Assembly: GCF_018977255.1 (NCBI RefSeq)
Contig: NW_024704742.1
Location: 115,880,001-115,944,000, forward strand
Direction: 5' to 3'
Origin: Callorhinchus milii
Lineage: Eukaryota
DNA length: 64,000 nt
A program made the translations under genes and the position numbers. Shown here piece after piece: positions 25,813-39,419 of the stretch. Within the stretch, counting starts at the first letter, position 1; each line of letters opens with the position of its first letter. The notes under the pieces were generated by a model. The model was not told the DNA's origin. It did no database searches and was given only the letters and a program-made list of their open reading frames with translations.

Positions 25813-26559
25813 CTGCTGTACTTGCTTCTGTGTCTGTCTGTATTTTCTGTTCTGATTAATGGGATATTCACATTGCTGGGAACAAATCTTCTGGAGAAAA
25901 TTGAACTGGACCTCATATAATCGACAGGGGACGTTTATAGTGCCCTTTACACTCATGTTGACGCAGACAGAATTAAAATGTATATGGTAATAAACAAAAG
26001 TCACCAAGTTCTATAATAATAATCGCTGCATTTGATATAGTGCCTAATCACGTTATTGAGATGTTTCAAAGCGCTTCACAGAATATACTGTAAAATGAAT
26101 TGACTGTATATTTTGTGGGCGAAATGTGGCAAAGTGTTGAATTCAAAAATCACTCCATTTATGATCAGTTTCATAAGCACTGGCCAGCTACTTTGTTCCT
26201 GTCACTCATGAGGTAAATTGTAATTTGAGAATCCTCTACTTAGATTGTGATTCAAAAGCAAATCAAATGTGATCCGCTCACAAGTTCAAGAGCGGTTTAT
26301 ATGAAGAAGGTCTTTCAGTCCATTTAATCGGATCCTCATTGAATATCCGTCCTACGGTCATTGTCTTTCCATTACAGAATTACGTTGCTTTTCAAATGAG
26401 ATGACATTAATAAAAAAACTTTTAGTATCTAAAAATGCAAATCGTAGGAGTGAAAGTATTTCAGAATTGGACATAATAAAGTAATGAAGCTTCTGCAGTA
26501 CTGTTGAATATCTTTGATATGTCCTGTATTACTGTAATACTAGTGCTGTGTTTCCACAG

Positions 26560-26695
26560 GGCAGAGGGAAACCAGGAGGATTCACAGGCTGTGTTAATAG
26601 TTAATGAAGTTCCAGATACAGTAGCACCACCTTCATATGAAGAAATCTTCTCTGTACCCAGTGAGGATTCTACAGAACAAAATTACCTCTGCTGA
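26560..26695 (+). CDS. TMEM174: Transmembrane protein 174, coding exon 2 (C-terminus ...APPSYEEIF...NYLC*)
   Basis: Acceptor tgtgtttccacAG|G at 26559. Phase matches exon 1 (AG|G = Arg). Contains the PPSYEEI motif typical of the family C-terminus. Joined CDS is 774 nt = 257 aa plus stop. Confidence 0.85.
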
Positions 26696-27284
26696 ATTTA
26701 CCAATTCTCTCTCTCTCTCTCTACTTTAAAAGCAAGCATACAATGTGTTGCAATGGATATTCCTGGAAAGATTATATATTGATAATCAGCTATTTGTACT
26801 AGAGTTTAACAATTGTAATTCTAATGTTGTACATTTATACCTAAAAAAAATTAGCAACTGCATAAATATGTTCACAAAGCATTGTAACTATTTAGAACAG
26901 ATTTTTTTTTATCCCTTATAACAGTAAATAGCTGTTTTTAGTAATTATTTTTTCGTACCATGCTGTGCAAATGTGACAATTTACAAGATTAACTGGAGAT
27001 AATCTGATGACATGAAAAGACCTACTTCATTCAGACGCACAAAATGTCTTAAATTGTCGCCTCCTTGCTATAAATAACACAACTATTTATAGCAGCTTTG
27101 ATCACATTGCTTTGTTTTTAATTTGGTGTTTCTTATCATTTCAATATCATTTCAAATGACTGAAGGCTTTGAGTCTGCTTTTTTCACTCTCAGCACACAA
27201 TATGCAGAAAGCTCACTGTTTGGAAGCTTTTATACATACAGTATTTTCACAAGCTGATGTGAGAATGTTTTAGAAATATGACAA

Positions 27285-27290
27285 AATAAA
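27285..27290 (+). terminator. Candidate polyadenylation signal for TMEM174
   Basis: First canonical AATAAA I found downstream of the stop codon (about 590 nt of 3'UTR). Confidence 0.35.
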
Positions 27291-28449
27291 AAGAAATTTA
27301 GAAGTTCTCAACAGATAATGAAGTGGTAGAATCACAAAATGTTACAGCCCAAATACGGGTCTTTGATCACATAAACTCGTTCTGTTGGTTTCTCCACTTG
27401 AGCTAAAGTATAGTCTGATCCCATTCATCTGCTCACACTTTTTCAAACATCTACCTTAACTCCTTTTAAAATAATTATTGGATTCTTCTTCAGCTACAGT
27501 CTACAGTAGATGATAATAATAATAATCCTTGCATTTTATATTGCGCCTTATCATGTCTTTGAAGTGCCTCAAAGCCCAAACAAACCGACTTGGGAAGACT
27601 GAAACCCCATGTTTTCGTACATTAATACTGTTTTCATATGAATGCATCCAGACTATCAACGTAAATGTATGTATCTTCACAATGGTAATTTAATATAATA
27701 AATAATTATATCATCCAAGTGCTTACATCCAAGAGCATGTTTACCTTGGAAAAATTGACTGCAAGTCAGGGCGGGGGATGGAATTGGTGTTAAGACAATA
27801 TAATCCAGGTGGTTCATTGATTCATCACATTTCATTGTTCCTTCCTGCTTACCTAAAAGAACTTTCATTTAGTACCACATTGTGACTCTGGAAAGCAATT
27901 GGTATCCGCAATACAGTAAAGGAAACCATCATGAAAGAGCTTGGAAATCAAGTCGAAGGGATGATGACCATAAACAGAATGATCAGTGAAGTTAGCTTAT
28001 TCTTTTGCTCAGCTTCATCTTGCAGCACTTTAAGAATGTGGAGAAGATGGAGGTTCAGATGCAATCCTCTGCTAAAACACAGCGATGTACTCCATAGCTT
28101 CTTTACTGCTGGATTGAGCCCTTCCTCTTGTAGCCTATGTATTTCACTTATCTTTGTTGGAAGTCTTCCCATTTAGAAGGGCACTGTTAAAAATACTCTT
28201 CAGTCACTGGTTGTTGAGGGAAGCACCGTTGTTTGGATCATTAGGCAAAGCCACAGTAATTGGCAAAAAGAAAAGATTCCATTCACCAGGAATCTGACAA
28301 CTAAGCGGGAGGGGGGACATTAGAAAAGTTGAAAGTAAGTCTCTGACTAGAGGAGCTACTTTTGGCTACATAGATGCGAGAGACGGATATTTCTGTTGCA
28401 TCTGTTTATCTCCTATAGCTTCATTAGAAGAGCTTTCCATTTAGAAGGC

Positions 28450-28602
28450 CCTGACCATTTCCCCCTCCTTGCTCCCTCCCTTCCCTCACCCTGACCATTT
28501 CCCCCCTGCTCGGGTCATGACCCAACTGTGCAGCGCCTTGGGACGTCCTCCTGACGTGAAAGGCGCTTTATAAATGGAATCTTGTTGTTGTTGTTGTTGT
28601 TG
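28450..28602 (+). mobile_element. L2 3' tail
   Basis: cagcgccttgggacgtcctcctgacgtgaaaggcgctttataaatgg followed by (TTG)n. Confidence 0.8.
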
Positions 28603-29379
28603 TATCCTTCAGTCACTGGTTGTTGAGGGAAGTGCCATAATATGGAGCACTAGGCAAAACCATCAAAGTAGTTGGGTAAAAGAAAACATTTTGAGATGTC
28701 CTCCTAACTATTATTATTTTTGTCTGAAAACAGAAATAGCTGAAATGAAAGAAAGCTTGACTTAAAAGTAATAATAATCCTTGCATTTGATATTAAAGTA
28801 ACAGGTTCATATATTAGTGCTGGTGTCAGAGGCTCAGAAAAACTAGAATTTGAATAGCAAACCAACTCTCTTCTGAATCACACCTGTTAATAAGGAACAA
28901 TTTATTAATTACTCCAATAAAGTGACTGTTTGCACCACAAAAAAGCTCCTATGAATTTGGCATATATTTTAATGAAATTAGTCTAAAAAACTGTCTATTG
29001 GCAATTCGATATCAATGTACAATGTACAAATATCAATCAATTCGTTATCATGTACATCTGTGCTAACATCTGGATACAGATTATATACTCTCAAAGATGT
29101 GCTTCAAAGTTACAACCCCCAGGCAAATGATTGCACAATCTTCATTCAGGCCGGCAGCGTTTATGACCTGCAAAAATAGACAATGTCTCAACATCATTGG
29201 ATCTGTGCACTGACCATGAATTCATGTGAATGACCATCAGAATGGAGTCCAGCACGTATTTGAAAATTAAAACACAAGGTAGGGAGGAAGCAAAGAGTAG
29301 AAAGTTCAGAAAATAAAATGTTTCTTCGAGAAAGTACTCTGCAAGTCAAGACTACGTCTTCTTGACTCAAGCACTATAG

Positions 29380-29780
29380 GTGTCAGCTTGGCTCAGCTGG
29401 TAGCATGCTTGCTGCTGGGTCAGATGTTTGTGTATTGGAGCCCCTTGAATGCATAATCACCCAGTGATACTTGAGTGCAGTACATGGAAGAGTGAGTGCT
29501 ACATTGTCAGAGTTGCAATCTCTCGGATGACATGTTTAAACCAAAGTCCCATTTGCCTGTTCAGGTGGACTTTAAAAATCCCATGACTATTCAGAGGAAA
29601 GTGTGTTTATCCCAGTGTTCTGGTCAACATTCCTCCAGATTAACTGGTCATTCACCTCATGCTATTTGTGAAATCATTTTTACGCAAATGGCTGCTGCAT
29701 TGCCAGTAAAAACAGTGCCAACAAGAACAATAATTAACTATGAATTGGTTTCATGTGATAAGGCAATAAGGCACTTTCCA
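29380..29780 (+). mobile_element. Older Deu-domain SINE (SacSINE1/AmnSINE1-like)
   Basis: cagcttggctcagctggtagca...ggatgacatgtttaaacc...ttcaggtggac..aaaaatcccatgactatt...aaatggctgctgcat. Confidence 0.7.
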
Positions 29781-31914
29781 AATGTAAGTTTTTTTNATGG
29801 AGCTGTTTAGCTAAGTGCACAGTTTTAATTACAGTTTTATCCATATGTAGAAGAGGCAATTAACCTTCCTTTGTTTATGGGTTAAGAGGCAACCAAGCTG
29901 ATATAAAACCTATATATAGCGAAAATGAAGGTCAACTGTGGCATTTCTAATTTGTTGGTGTAAACAAATGAAGTTAGGAGAAAAGAAATGCTGTTGTTTT
30001 TTTTACAATTATTAAAGATGAGTCATTGCGATTGCAAAAGTGAAAACAGGGAAAACTTTGCAAATAGTGCAAATAGCGCCTGACAGTAGAAAATGTAACT
30101 TGAGACATGAAATGCATCTCCTGCAGAGAACTTCATATGTGTCACTGAAGACCACTTCAGTTCAGTATTATAGAAACTAATAGGTAAGGTTTTATTTGGT
30201 CAGATGGGTGTCTGACACATGTGGAAACCCATCACCCCACTTAAGAGCATCCAAGCCAGACTGAGAATTCTGCATATGCATGCCACCTTTGCATGGAAAT
30301 GTCCCTGTGTCTGAAATGGGATGTCCACTCTCTCTTTGGAGGCCGGACCCCACTTACCCAATTTCTGGTAAAGTATTAAGTGCAGATTGGCAAAGAGGTT
30401 TGGGGACCCAGTGTGTGTTGCAGTTCTGCTGCAATTTAGTTAATGGATAGATAATTATTGAATGAGAATTTCTAGTTTAAATGTAGCCTTTGACAAGACT
30501 AAGGTGAGTCTAAATTATCAGGAGTTGCCAAAGCTCATCTCAAGAGTAAGAATGGAACCTATGGATATACAAGAACATTTTTGCATCAAATTGAAAAATA
30601 GTAATGCATGTAAATATTTTGTACTTTGCAAAAAATATTATAAAATAATTGTAAATAAAAACTAGTTCCTAAATTCTTCTGTTTCTTCAATTTCACATTA
30701 TGGCATGCAGAATTGAAAATTTACAGTAGCTGTAACCTGTTTCTAACAGGGATTCTTAGTGCCTTTAGATAGTTTACAGAACCAATAGGTTTAAGAAGAT
30801 ACAATTGTTTGGTACTTCTCTGTGTGCAGGACATTGCTGAATATCATTGCATAGTTCCTAAACAAGACAAGAATAGGACATTTATTTATGTCACCTGATG
30901 ATGGCGCAGGCATCCTCTCCTTATACAATCAAAATGTAGGTTTGATTGGCAAACGCTGGTGACTTTTTTTGTTTGCTGAGTGTAACAGACTAGAAACAGG
31001 AGTCATTTTATGTGAACTATTGGAGCATTTGGCTATAAACTCTCAAGGTCACATTTATAATGGGTTTTTCAATAACTGAGAAACAATGACAGATTCAAAG
31101 GTGTGGAAGGAGGGATTGGTAGGGGCCGGGGTGTGAGGGAGAAATAGTGATTAGATTCTAATCACTAAGTTCTGCACTATAAGTAGTTAAGATATCTCAC
31201 AACGGTCATTATTGCACAATTACATTTTATGATTTGAAATTCGTGCAAAGGCTGGGGAGCTCTAATTGAAAACTGCTGGCTTGAGATGTTGGATTGGGGT
31301 TGATGATTTCTGGAGATCATCAAAGTAGAAGGACTGAGAGCCAAACATACAACCTTGGAGAGATAATGCTTTGCCCTCTGCCTTTCTTAATTTTAGTAGC
31401 TTTCGAAGGTCACAATCAGTGCTTCCCACCTCTTGTGCAAATATCAATATTGTAGTATTATATTGAAATGACCTTGAATAGTGACACGTAGGAAGAGTCT
31501 AGGAACAATGTGGATATTAAATGGCCCTTTGGCGCTATTGGAAAAGATAAAGGAGTATCTATTGGTGTCCTGGACATTATACCTCAAGAAAAAATTCACC
31601 TGAGGGATATTTTTTGCGCTTTGTCATGCATAAAAATGGTTACTGTATTTACCTACAAAAAGCCACTACACGGGACAGTAATTAGGTGACATGACAAGAC
31701 AGCATAAACAGTACATACAAGTTTGCAGAGCCTTAGTTGCAAACAGACAAAGGTGAAATTAAATCCCACCATCAGCAGAATACCATTGCTACAACCTCAC
31801 GCTCCTTTTCACCATGATCATCATGTCTATTTGAAACGTTTCTCACAAACTGGTTGGAAACCGGTTTTGAAAACATTGCTGATGCTGGTATTCTCATATT
31901 ATTGCAACTCTGTT

Positions 31915-32177
31915 TGGGAAAAACCTTCAGTCTTTCTGCCCAATCTATTGTAATTCCACAATCCTTTCGCCTCGGCCCCTCCCTTGCCTCCTTCAGTGCC
32001 CATCTCCAGACCTTCCTCTTTGACCGTGCTTTCGGTCATCCTCCTACCCCTACCCTCCTGCTCTCCACCCCTCCTGATCCCAATCTCCAGCTTGGGTACA
32101 CATCTATGACTGTCCAGCGCTTTGGGACATCCTCCCGATGTGAAAAGCACTATACAAATATAAATTTGTTGTTGTTG
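31915..32177 (+). mobile_element. L2 3' fragment
   Basis: SFSAHLQTFLFDRAF plus L2 tail and (TTG)n. Confidence 0.8.
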
Positions 32178-33299
32178 TGTGGAGCTGTGCACCATGTTTA
32201 TCCAAATGGCATTGCGTGCAAGAGAAACAGTGAGGGTTTCGATGGGATTTGATTCATTGCACCGGCTGCTTGTAGAGAAACAGTAAAAGCTTTGCTAAAC
32301 ACTTTGCGATGAAGACAGTACCTTGTAAATATTTTATAGCACTAGATTACACTTCTAAGATGCAATAAAATAAATATAAAAGTGTATTGATTTTCAAAAC
32401 AGTACATTCATTCTCAGTTAATGGCCCCGCTGTGTTGCTGAGCAAGTTTGTTTTCAAAGAAACATTTGCTCAGGCATTGATTCCGTTTCTATGAATTTGT
32501 TTAGTGGAATTGACTGCATAAAGGAAATATCTTTCTTGTAATACGAGGAAACCAGGAAGGCAGTGCACAAAATTAATCATATTATATTTTTTGAGTTGAC
32601 AGTCACATATATACCAGGACCAGAAATCAGTGCCTGTTCTAAAATAATAACATCAAATACTTGTGGGCATATCAACAACTACAATAACAACAAAAGCTTA
32701 CATTTATATAGTGTCCTTCGTGCGGAGTAGCATCTAGGAGCGCTTATCATACTGTAAAGGGCAGGATTCTCCACTTAGAATTTAGTTTTGCCAAACGTTT
32801 ACATCAATCGTTCTGATAGATATTTGCACACTTGAAAGTCAGAGGCTGCTGTCTGCATAATGTTGGTTAATGATGCTGAGGAAGTAAATTTAGAATGATA
32901 CTTTCAGAGACGCCAAGGCAGCAGAGCAAAACATCAGTTTCATAATTGTGAAAGGCAACACTGGGGCAGAGACCAGCAAGTGTTTCTTTGCACATAGGGC
33001 AATAAACAGCTGAAATCAATTTCAAATAAATGCAGAATGCTGGACTCATTTAAGAAATAGGTTGAGGCTGCAATGGAATAACAGTAAGGAGGATGTTCTG
33101 GTAAGAAAAGATTAAATGGGCTGAGGGACCTTCTTTGTCCTAACTCATGTGATCAACATGAAAGAAATTGTACTTAATTTTTAGTATTTTTATTCTTCCT
33201 AGTTTGTGCAGGTCCCTTAATTCCCATATTTTAAACCAGTCAAAACATACAGGAGCTGCAGTGCAAATCTCACAAGCTAAGCAGATGAATGTTGTATGT

Positions 33300-33900
33300 A
33301 CCATGGTAAAACCTACAACTATAAAGTGTTAACATCTTTTTTTGCTGATGCCACTTCCTCCCTCACACACTGAACTAATCTCACGCTTCTTTTCATTGAA
33401 CTCCATCTTGAACATGACCTTCTTATCCTTATACTGTATTCCCGTAGATCTAAATCCCAAAGCCCTAGTGCCTTTTTCAAAGGTTTTATCCATCTGGCTC
33501 ACTGCATTCAGTGACCTGTGAATATGTACTCCTCAATCCCTCTGTTCTTCTATCCCTTTAAGATTAAATTATAGGTTGTTCCTATGTTTTTCCTCCCGAA
33601 ATGAACTAATCTCACACTTCTTTTAATTGAATTCCATCTGCCACTTGTGTGCCCATTCAGCCATCCTATCAATATCTACACATATTTTATTTTGATCTTA
33701 CTTGGTGCTTACTATTCCCCCTACTTTTGTAATATCTGCAAACTTTGAAATTTTTTCCTCAATTCATAAGTCCAAATTTGATGGAAACATCATTGTTCAT
33801 TGCTGTCCTTCACATAAAATCACCCATATTATTTCATCATCCTGAAAACTCCACATAAATCTGCTTCTAAATGTCTTTTTTTTAATCAGTTCCGTGGTTT
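33300..33900 (-). mobile_element. Degraded CR1 RT fragments
   Basis: Reverse strand KFADITKV and WAHKWQMEFN motifs. Confidence 0.65.
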
Positions 33901-34759
33901 CCCCATGACCCAACATTAATGGACTACAGTAAACTGGGCTGAGATCCAACATTTCGCTTTATAAAATTTAATATGGTCACAGCTGAAGTTTGAGCAGGTC
34001 ATGAAAAATAAGCATATGTGAACTGACTTTCTGTGACTGGGAGTAATGTACAGGCAAGTCAGATTCGTATGAGCAGATGTTAGAATTACTATAGGTGGGC
34101 AGTTGACTTCAAGCCAAACTTGCAGTGCTATGATTTTGTACATAAATAGAAAGCATTAGGACAGTTATACTGCTGTAAAACACAAGTGTGGCTATTCGAC
34201 TTCTTTGACTTGTTCTCAGACCTATAATTTCCGTCACTGGGTTTCCGTCACTCACGTTCAAATTTGGCTTCTATGTGAGAAATGTTCATGCTGAGTTTCT
34301 GATGCATGGGAAACATATCACCGTGCTTAAGAGTGTTCAAACCAGTCAGAGTTCCACGTATATATGCACCTACATGGGGTAATTTCCATGTGTCTGGACT
34401 GGAATATGCATTCTCTCCCTGGAGGGACACACCCTGCTTACCTAATTCTGGGAAGTATTAGGCACACAAATGAGCAAGAGTCAAGGACTTGCGGACCCCA
34501 GAGAATTGGGTACAACTGAAGTTTAGCCAACTAAAATCCCATTGTTTGCATTGGCAAGCTTCCGCTGCTTGTTCAACTAGAACCACCCTCTCTTGTGGTA
34601 AAATTGCCTTGCAGTGTTAACAGGAGCTGAGTGGGAAGAATCTCTGCTTCCTGAGATGAACAGCAATTCTGCCAAAGATACATGACCATCACCTTTAGAA
34701 AGCAATGTACTTTGTTATTCTACAGGTCGCACAGTATTTGGAGATTACTATTCTTGTGT

Positions 34760-35095
34760 GTAGGCCTGACTCAGTTGATAGCACTCTAACCTCTGAATTA
34801 GAAGATGAAACATTAAACCAAGGTCCTATTTGACTGTTCAGGTAGATGTAAAAGATTTCATGGCCCTATTCTAAAAATGAAGGGAGTTTCTCCCAGTGCC
34901 CTGGCCAACAGTCCGTCAAATAAATTTCGTCATTAATTTTACAGCTGTTTGTAGTCACTGTGCACAATTGGGCTGCCACATTCACCTACAATTTACAGTC
35001 ACTGCATTTCACAGTAAAATCCTATGAACTGCTTTGGGATGTCCTCCCGACATAAAAGGCGCTATACCAAATGCAAGGATTATTATTGTAATACT
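34760..35095 (+). mobile_element. Older Deu-domain SINE
   Basis: ctcagttgatagcactc...ttcaggtagatgtaaaagat..catggc...ccctggccaaca... and the shared L2-type tail. Confidence 0.72.
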
Positions 35096-35120
35096 ATTAT
35101 AAATGCTGAATAAACTCTTA

Positions 35121-35222
35121 TAGGGGGAACTTTAGACCTGAGAAAAGTCTTCAAGATTCCTGCTTATTTGGGGAGTAATTTGGCTCCAGATTTGGTGGCA
35201 TTATATTCTGAAGTTCCACCTA
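35121..35222. mobile_element. Small MITE-like element flanked by TA
   Basis: ta-gggggaactttaga ... tctgaagttccacc-ta inverted ends. Confidence 0.5.
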
Positions 35223-36407
35223 CTTTAATACTGTTATTAGTCCTAAAATTTATGAATGAGTAGAATTATTGCAATATTTTAAATTCAGTCTGGTTTATCA
35301 TTAAGACGTGCAGAAACCCAGGTTCCAAATTGAGACTGAATTTAAGAATTGTCCATAATTCTGCATGATTTTAAACATTAAGACAAAATCATTTTACAGA
35401 CCAAACATAAGGCAGAATTTCAGGCCATATATTTCACACACCTAATATAATGTTGTAGTTATGTGAGTGCCAATAGAAGCTCTGGTTAAAAGCAACCTTT
35501 GGAGATCAATTTTGGCTATTCTGCTCCATTTGATAATGTTTACAAACTTTGAGCAAACAGGATCAGAGCATTGGAACATCAGAACATTGATAACAGAAAC
35601 AAATTTGCCCCATCATGATGATTTTTCACCCCTTCAAAGACAGTCATTAAAATGGGTTTGCAATTGTTTGGAAAACAGTACAATTCAATTTATTAAGGCC
35701 AATACAGAGGAATGCAAGAAATAGTCCACAGATGAAAAGGCATTTCTGAATGTGGGTTCTTTATTATGCTCTAGTTGATAGCATTAGCCAACATTTGGAA
35801 ATGAATCACAGCTTTCAGTTTTTTCTGTATGTCCTTTTAATTTAATTTTCTCTGAGTTACCTGGCATCAATGCTGACGTCTTTCAGTATCTTCCTGGCCC
35901 CACAAATTACAGTGCTGACAATTCTTTTATCAGCAAATAAAATTATTCCGATTTGGAAAATGTAGCAATCTTAATGTAAGCAGCTGTTCGGAAAGAAGCT
36001 ATTTGATATGTGAAACAACAATCAGAATCTGCATTTATTTGATAATTTTGCTTTTTGTAGTTGCAGCTTCGGAACAAGCACATGACCACTAGCTTTGAAC
36101 AGTCAAAGCACACATCAAACGGCTGCATTAGGAAAGTAAATTACTTTTCTTCATGAGGAGTTGAAAGCGTATCCAGGTAACATCAAGGTCTTGACTAGGT
36201 ACAAACATTCCCTTAATAGCCTCATTACATCATGAAAGCCATAAAGCTGCATCTGAAATGGTTATAAAATTGATATTCTCTCTGACCGTAACGAAAAGCA
36301 ATTTTAACATTTTTTGTGGTGCTTGTCATACTAGCCATGTATTCTGCTGATGTTAAATATATTTAAAAGTTAATGTTGATACCTACATATTTGTGTTAAG
36401 GTTTAGA

Positions 36408-36830
36408 TGTCACCCTGGCTGATTTGGTAGCACATTCACCTCTGTCAGAAGGTTGTGAATTCAAGCCCTGTGACAGGATTTGAACTCACAGTCTAGGCTG
36501 ACACTCCAATGCAGTGCTGAGGGAGTGCTGCAGTGATGCAGGTGATGTCCTCCAGTTGAAACGTTAAATTGAGATCCCATCTGCCTGTTTGGGTGGATGT
36601 TAGAAATCTCATGGCACTATTCGAAAAAAAGTTTCTCCTGGTGTCTTGGGCAACAAACTCCAAAATAAAATTGGTCATTCACTTCATGGCTGTGTGTGGG
36701 ACATTGCTATTTGCATATTGGCTAGCACATTTGCCTACAAAGATACAGTTATTACACTTCACAATAAAGATCATGGGAAGCGTTTAGAGATGTCTTGACA
36801 AATGATAAGGCGCTTGATCAAATGCAATGC
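36408..36830 (+). mobile_element. Older Deu-domain SINE
   Basis: ggtagcac..tcagaaggttgtg..ctaggctgacactccaatgcagtgctgagggagtgctgca..ggtggatgt..catggcactattcgaa. Confidence 0.78.
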
Positions 36831-37624
36831 ATTTGAGCAGCATTGAATGTAATGAAGAGCGGTGGAATGACACTTGTGATTGTCCCTCTCCACTAAGCTG
36901 CCAATGCCAGAACCTCACTGTGGGAAACACCATCCAGAGGTCAAGCAATTCCTTGCGGGTAAATCACAAGAGTGCCTTGTGCCTACTATGAGAACTCTGG
37001 TTAAAGCCTGTCACTTGAAGGCTCACCCATTTTCTTGACAGGAGTGAATTCAGCGGTACCTGGGAAAAGGAAATAAAATAACATGAAAATAACCTGAAAG
37101 TAAAGATGGCTTGTAAATTTCTCTTTACACAAACGTGTGTATGGAGAAGTTAGGGAGACCTGCAAGAAGTGCATTTAAAATGTCCAGGTGGGAGATAACA
37201 AAGACTTTAATAAGATATGACTTAATAGATATTGGAAACATTTCAGTAAGATCTAAGTTGTGATTTTAAATGAAAAAACAAATTGAGTACAAGTCTGCTA
37301 GGCTGCCCCCTGCTGAATCCTGTGAAAATGCAAATACCTTATTGAAAGATGAAAATGTATAGATTGCTGTTTGAGATTTGCAATGCAACATTTTTTTGTA
37401 GAGCAACAATATTTTAAAATAAGAAACAATTTTTCAATAATGAAAATATTTCTGAAAAAGATATTGGGGTGAAAAATGCAACATGCTTTGTGATAATACA
37501 GTTTTGTCATGTTTTTCATCCCATTGTTTGCCCACATTTATTTACTAAAAATACAGTTTTGAGATTACCTTTCAATGTACTTTTAAAAAAATCATTTGCA
37601 TAGACTTCAGTGATGTCAACAATG

Positions 37625-38035
37625 TAGTAATATATTTACATTCAATACAGCGCCTTATATAGTTGGGGGTCTCAAAGTGCTTCACAAGATTTTGCTGTGA
37701 AATGTAGTGAGGTTTTGTAGGCAAAATGCGGCAGCTAATTTGTGCACAGCAATATCCCACAGATGTGAAGTTCATAATCAATTTAATCTGAGGGATTGTT
37801 GACCAAGAAACTCTCTTCTCCTTTTGAATAGTGCCATAGGATCTTTAACATCCACCTGAACGGGTAGACAGGTCTTTGGTTTAACATCTCATCCGAAGAA
37901 CAGCATCTCTGACAACGCAGCACATCCCCAGCAATGCATTGGAGTTTCAGCCTAGACTGTGAGTTCGAAGTCTGGACATGGACCTTCTGCCTAAGAGGCG
38001 AGAGCACTACCAACTGTGCCAGGCCAAGCTGATAC
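37625..38035 (-). mobile_element. Older Deu-domain SINE
   Basis: Reverse-complement homolog of 36408-36830. Confidence 0.78.
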
Positions 38036-39419
38036 CGCATATAATGTAACATAATATAATAATATAAAATAATGTAATCCTTGGCATTATATGTTTCTCA
38101 TCACAACTGTCAAAAATCAGCTAAAAATATACCTCATTTCCTTTGAGCGGCAACAACGCCTTTCAGGTCAGAAGGACGTCCCAAGGTACAGGAGGTCTTC
38201 AGAAACAGCACTTGCACAGAACCATACGGCTTAACTTTTTATTTACAGATCTTAAGTTTAAATGAAGCCAGAGTTGCAATGATTCAAATGGAAGGATTAT
38301 AATTATTATTATTTGGGTATTATTATTCCAGATCATGTTCAGATGTTTTTGAACGACTGAAAATCAAATGACAGGTCACACAATTTAATTTTTTTTCCCT
38401 TCTGGAGTATGATTCCAAAGTTTAAAGTAACTTTTACTCAGAAACATCCCAGAGACGAGGTAGGGAAACCTGTTGATAAGTCAGAATTTAAAGGGAAAAA
38501 ATCTGTTTTTCCCCCCTCCTCCTCTCCCGAGGCATGTTGATTTCTTTTTTCCTTTTAATGGTATATGGGTCCTAACAAAAGACTCTTAGATATTTCCAAG
38601 GTGTCTTTCTGTTTTGGGGCTCAAAGAAGGCCTGTAGAGTAGAGCAACAAATACTGAGGTCTCTAATTTCCTCTGAAGTCTAAGGAACAAGCTATAAAGC
38701 AGAGACTCTGTCAACATTGCACAACCTACATAAACTATTAAAAGAGGAATTTATGGCTGTGGTTATCTGCCTACTGAAATAATGTTGTTACAAGGCTGCC
38801 CTAGCAAACCATCAGTCCATATTGCGTGATCAAAATCAAAGAAGCTGAAATCTAAGTAATGAGATTGTTCACAAGCAGAGTCAGATAATAACGTATAGAA
38901 GGTGTTAGTTAACAGAGGTGTCTTCAGAGAGCCCTTTAAGATGATGCATTGGTGATTTCAGCCATTTTGGGTTTTATATTTCTTCACATGCCATTTCAGG
39001 CAATCATTGACAGCCTCCTTTTTATAACCTTCAATAGCACTTTTCAAATGCACTCGAGTAACTCCTGTCCCAGTCTGTACATAAAGCTAGAGCTTCATCC
39101 GAAGGACAGCATCTCCAACAATGCAGCACATGCCCAACACTGCATTGGAGTGCCAGCCTAGACCGGGAGTTCAGAATCCCAATTTGGGGCTGGAGCCAAC
39201 AACCTTCTCACTCAGAGGCAAGAGTGCTATAAACTGAGTCAGCGTTATGCAACCAATAAACCATCGAACAAGAAAAAGATGCCATATAATCAAATGCAAG
39301 GATTATTATAATTGTAATTGTTGTAGATTGCAGAGAATTCTTGAGTCGCAAGGATGCACTAGTACTTATGGACAGCGACTGATTTGATATCAATGAATCA
39401 TGTTGTGAACCACTGCTTT

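Noticed and set aside
29796..29796. Single N base
   Set aside because: Assembly ambiguity with no biological meaning.
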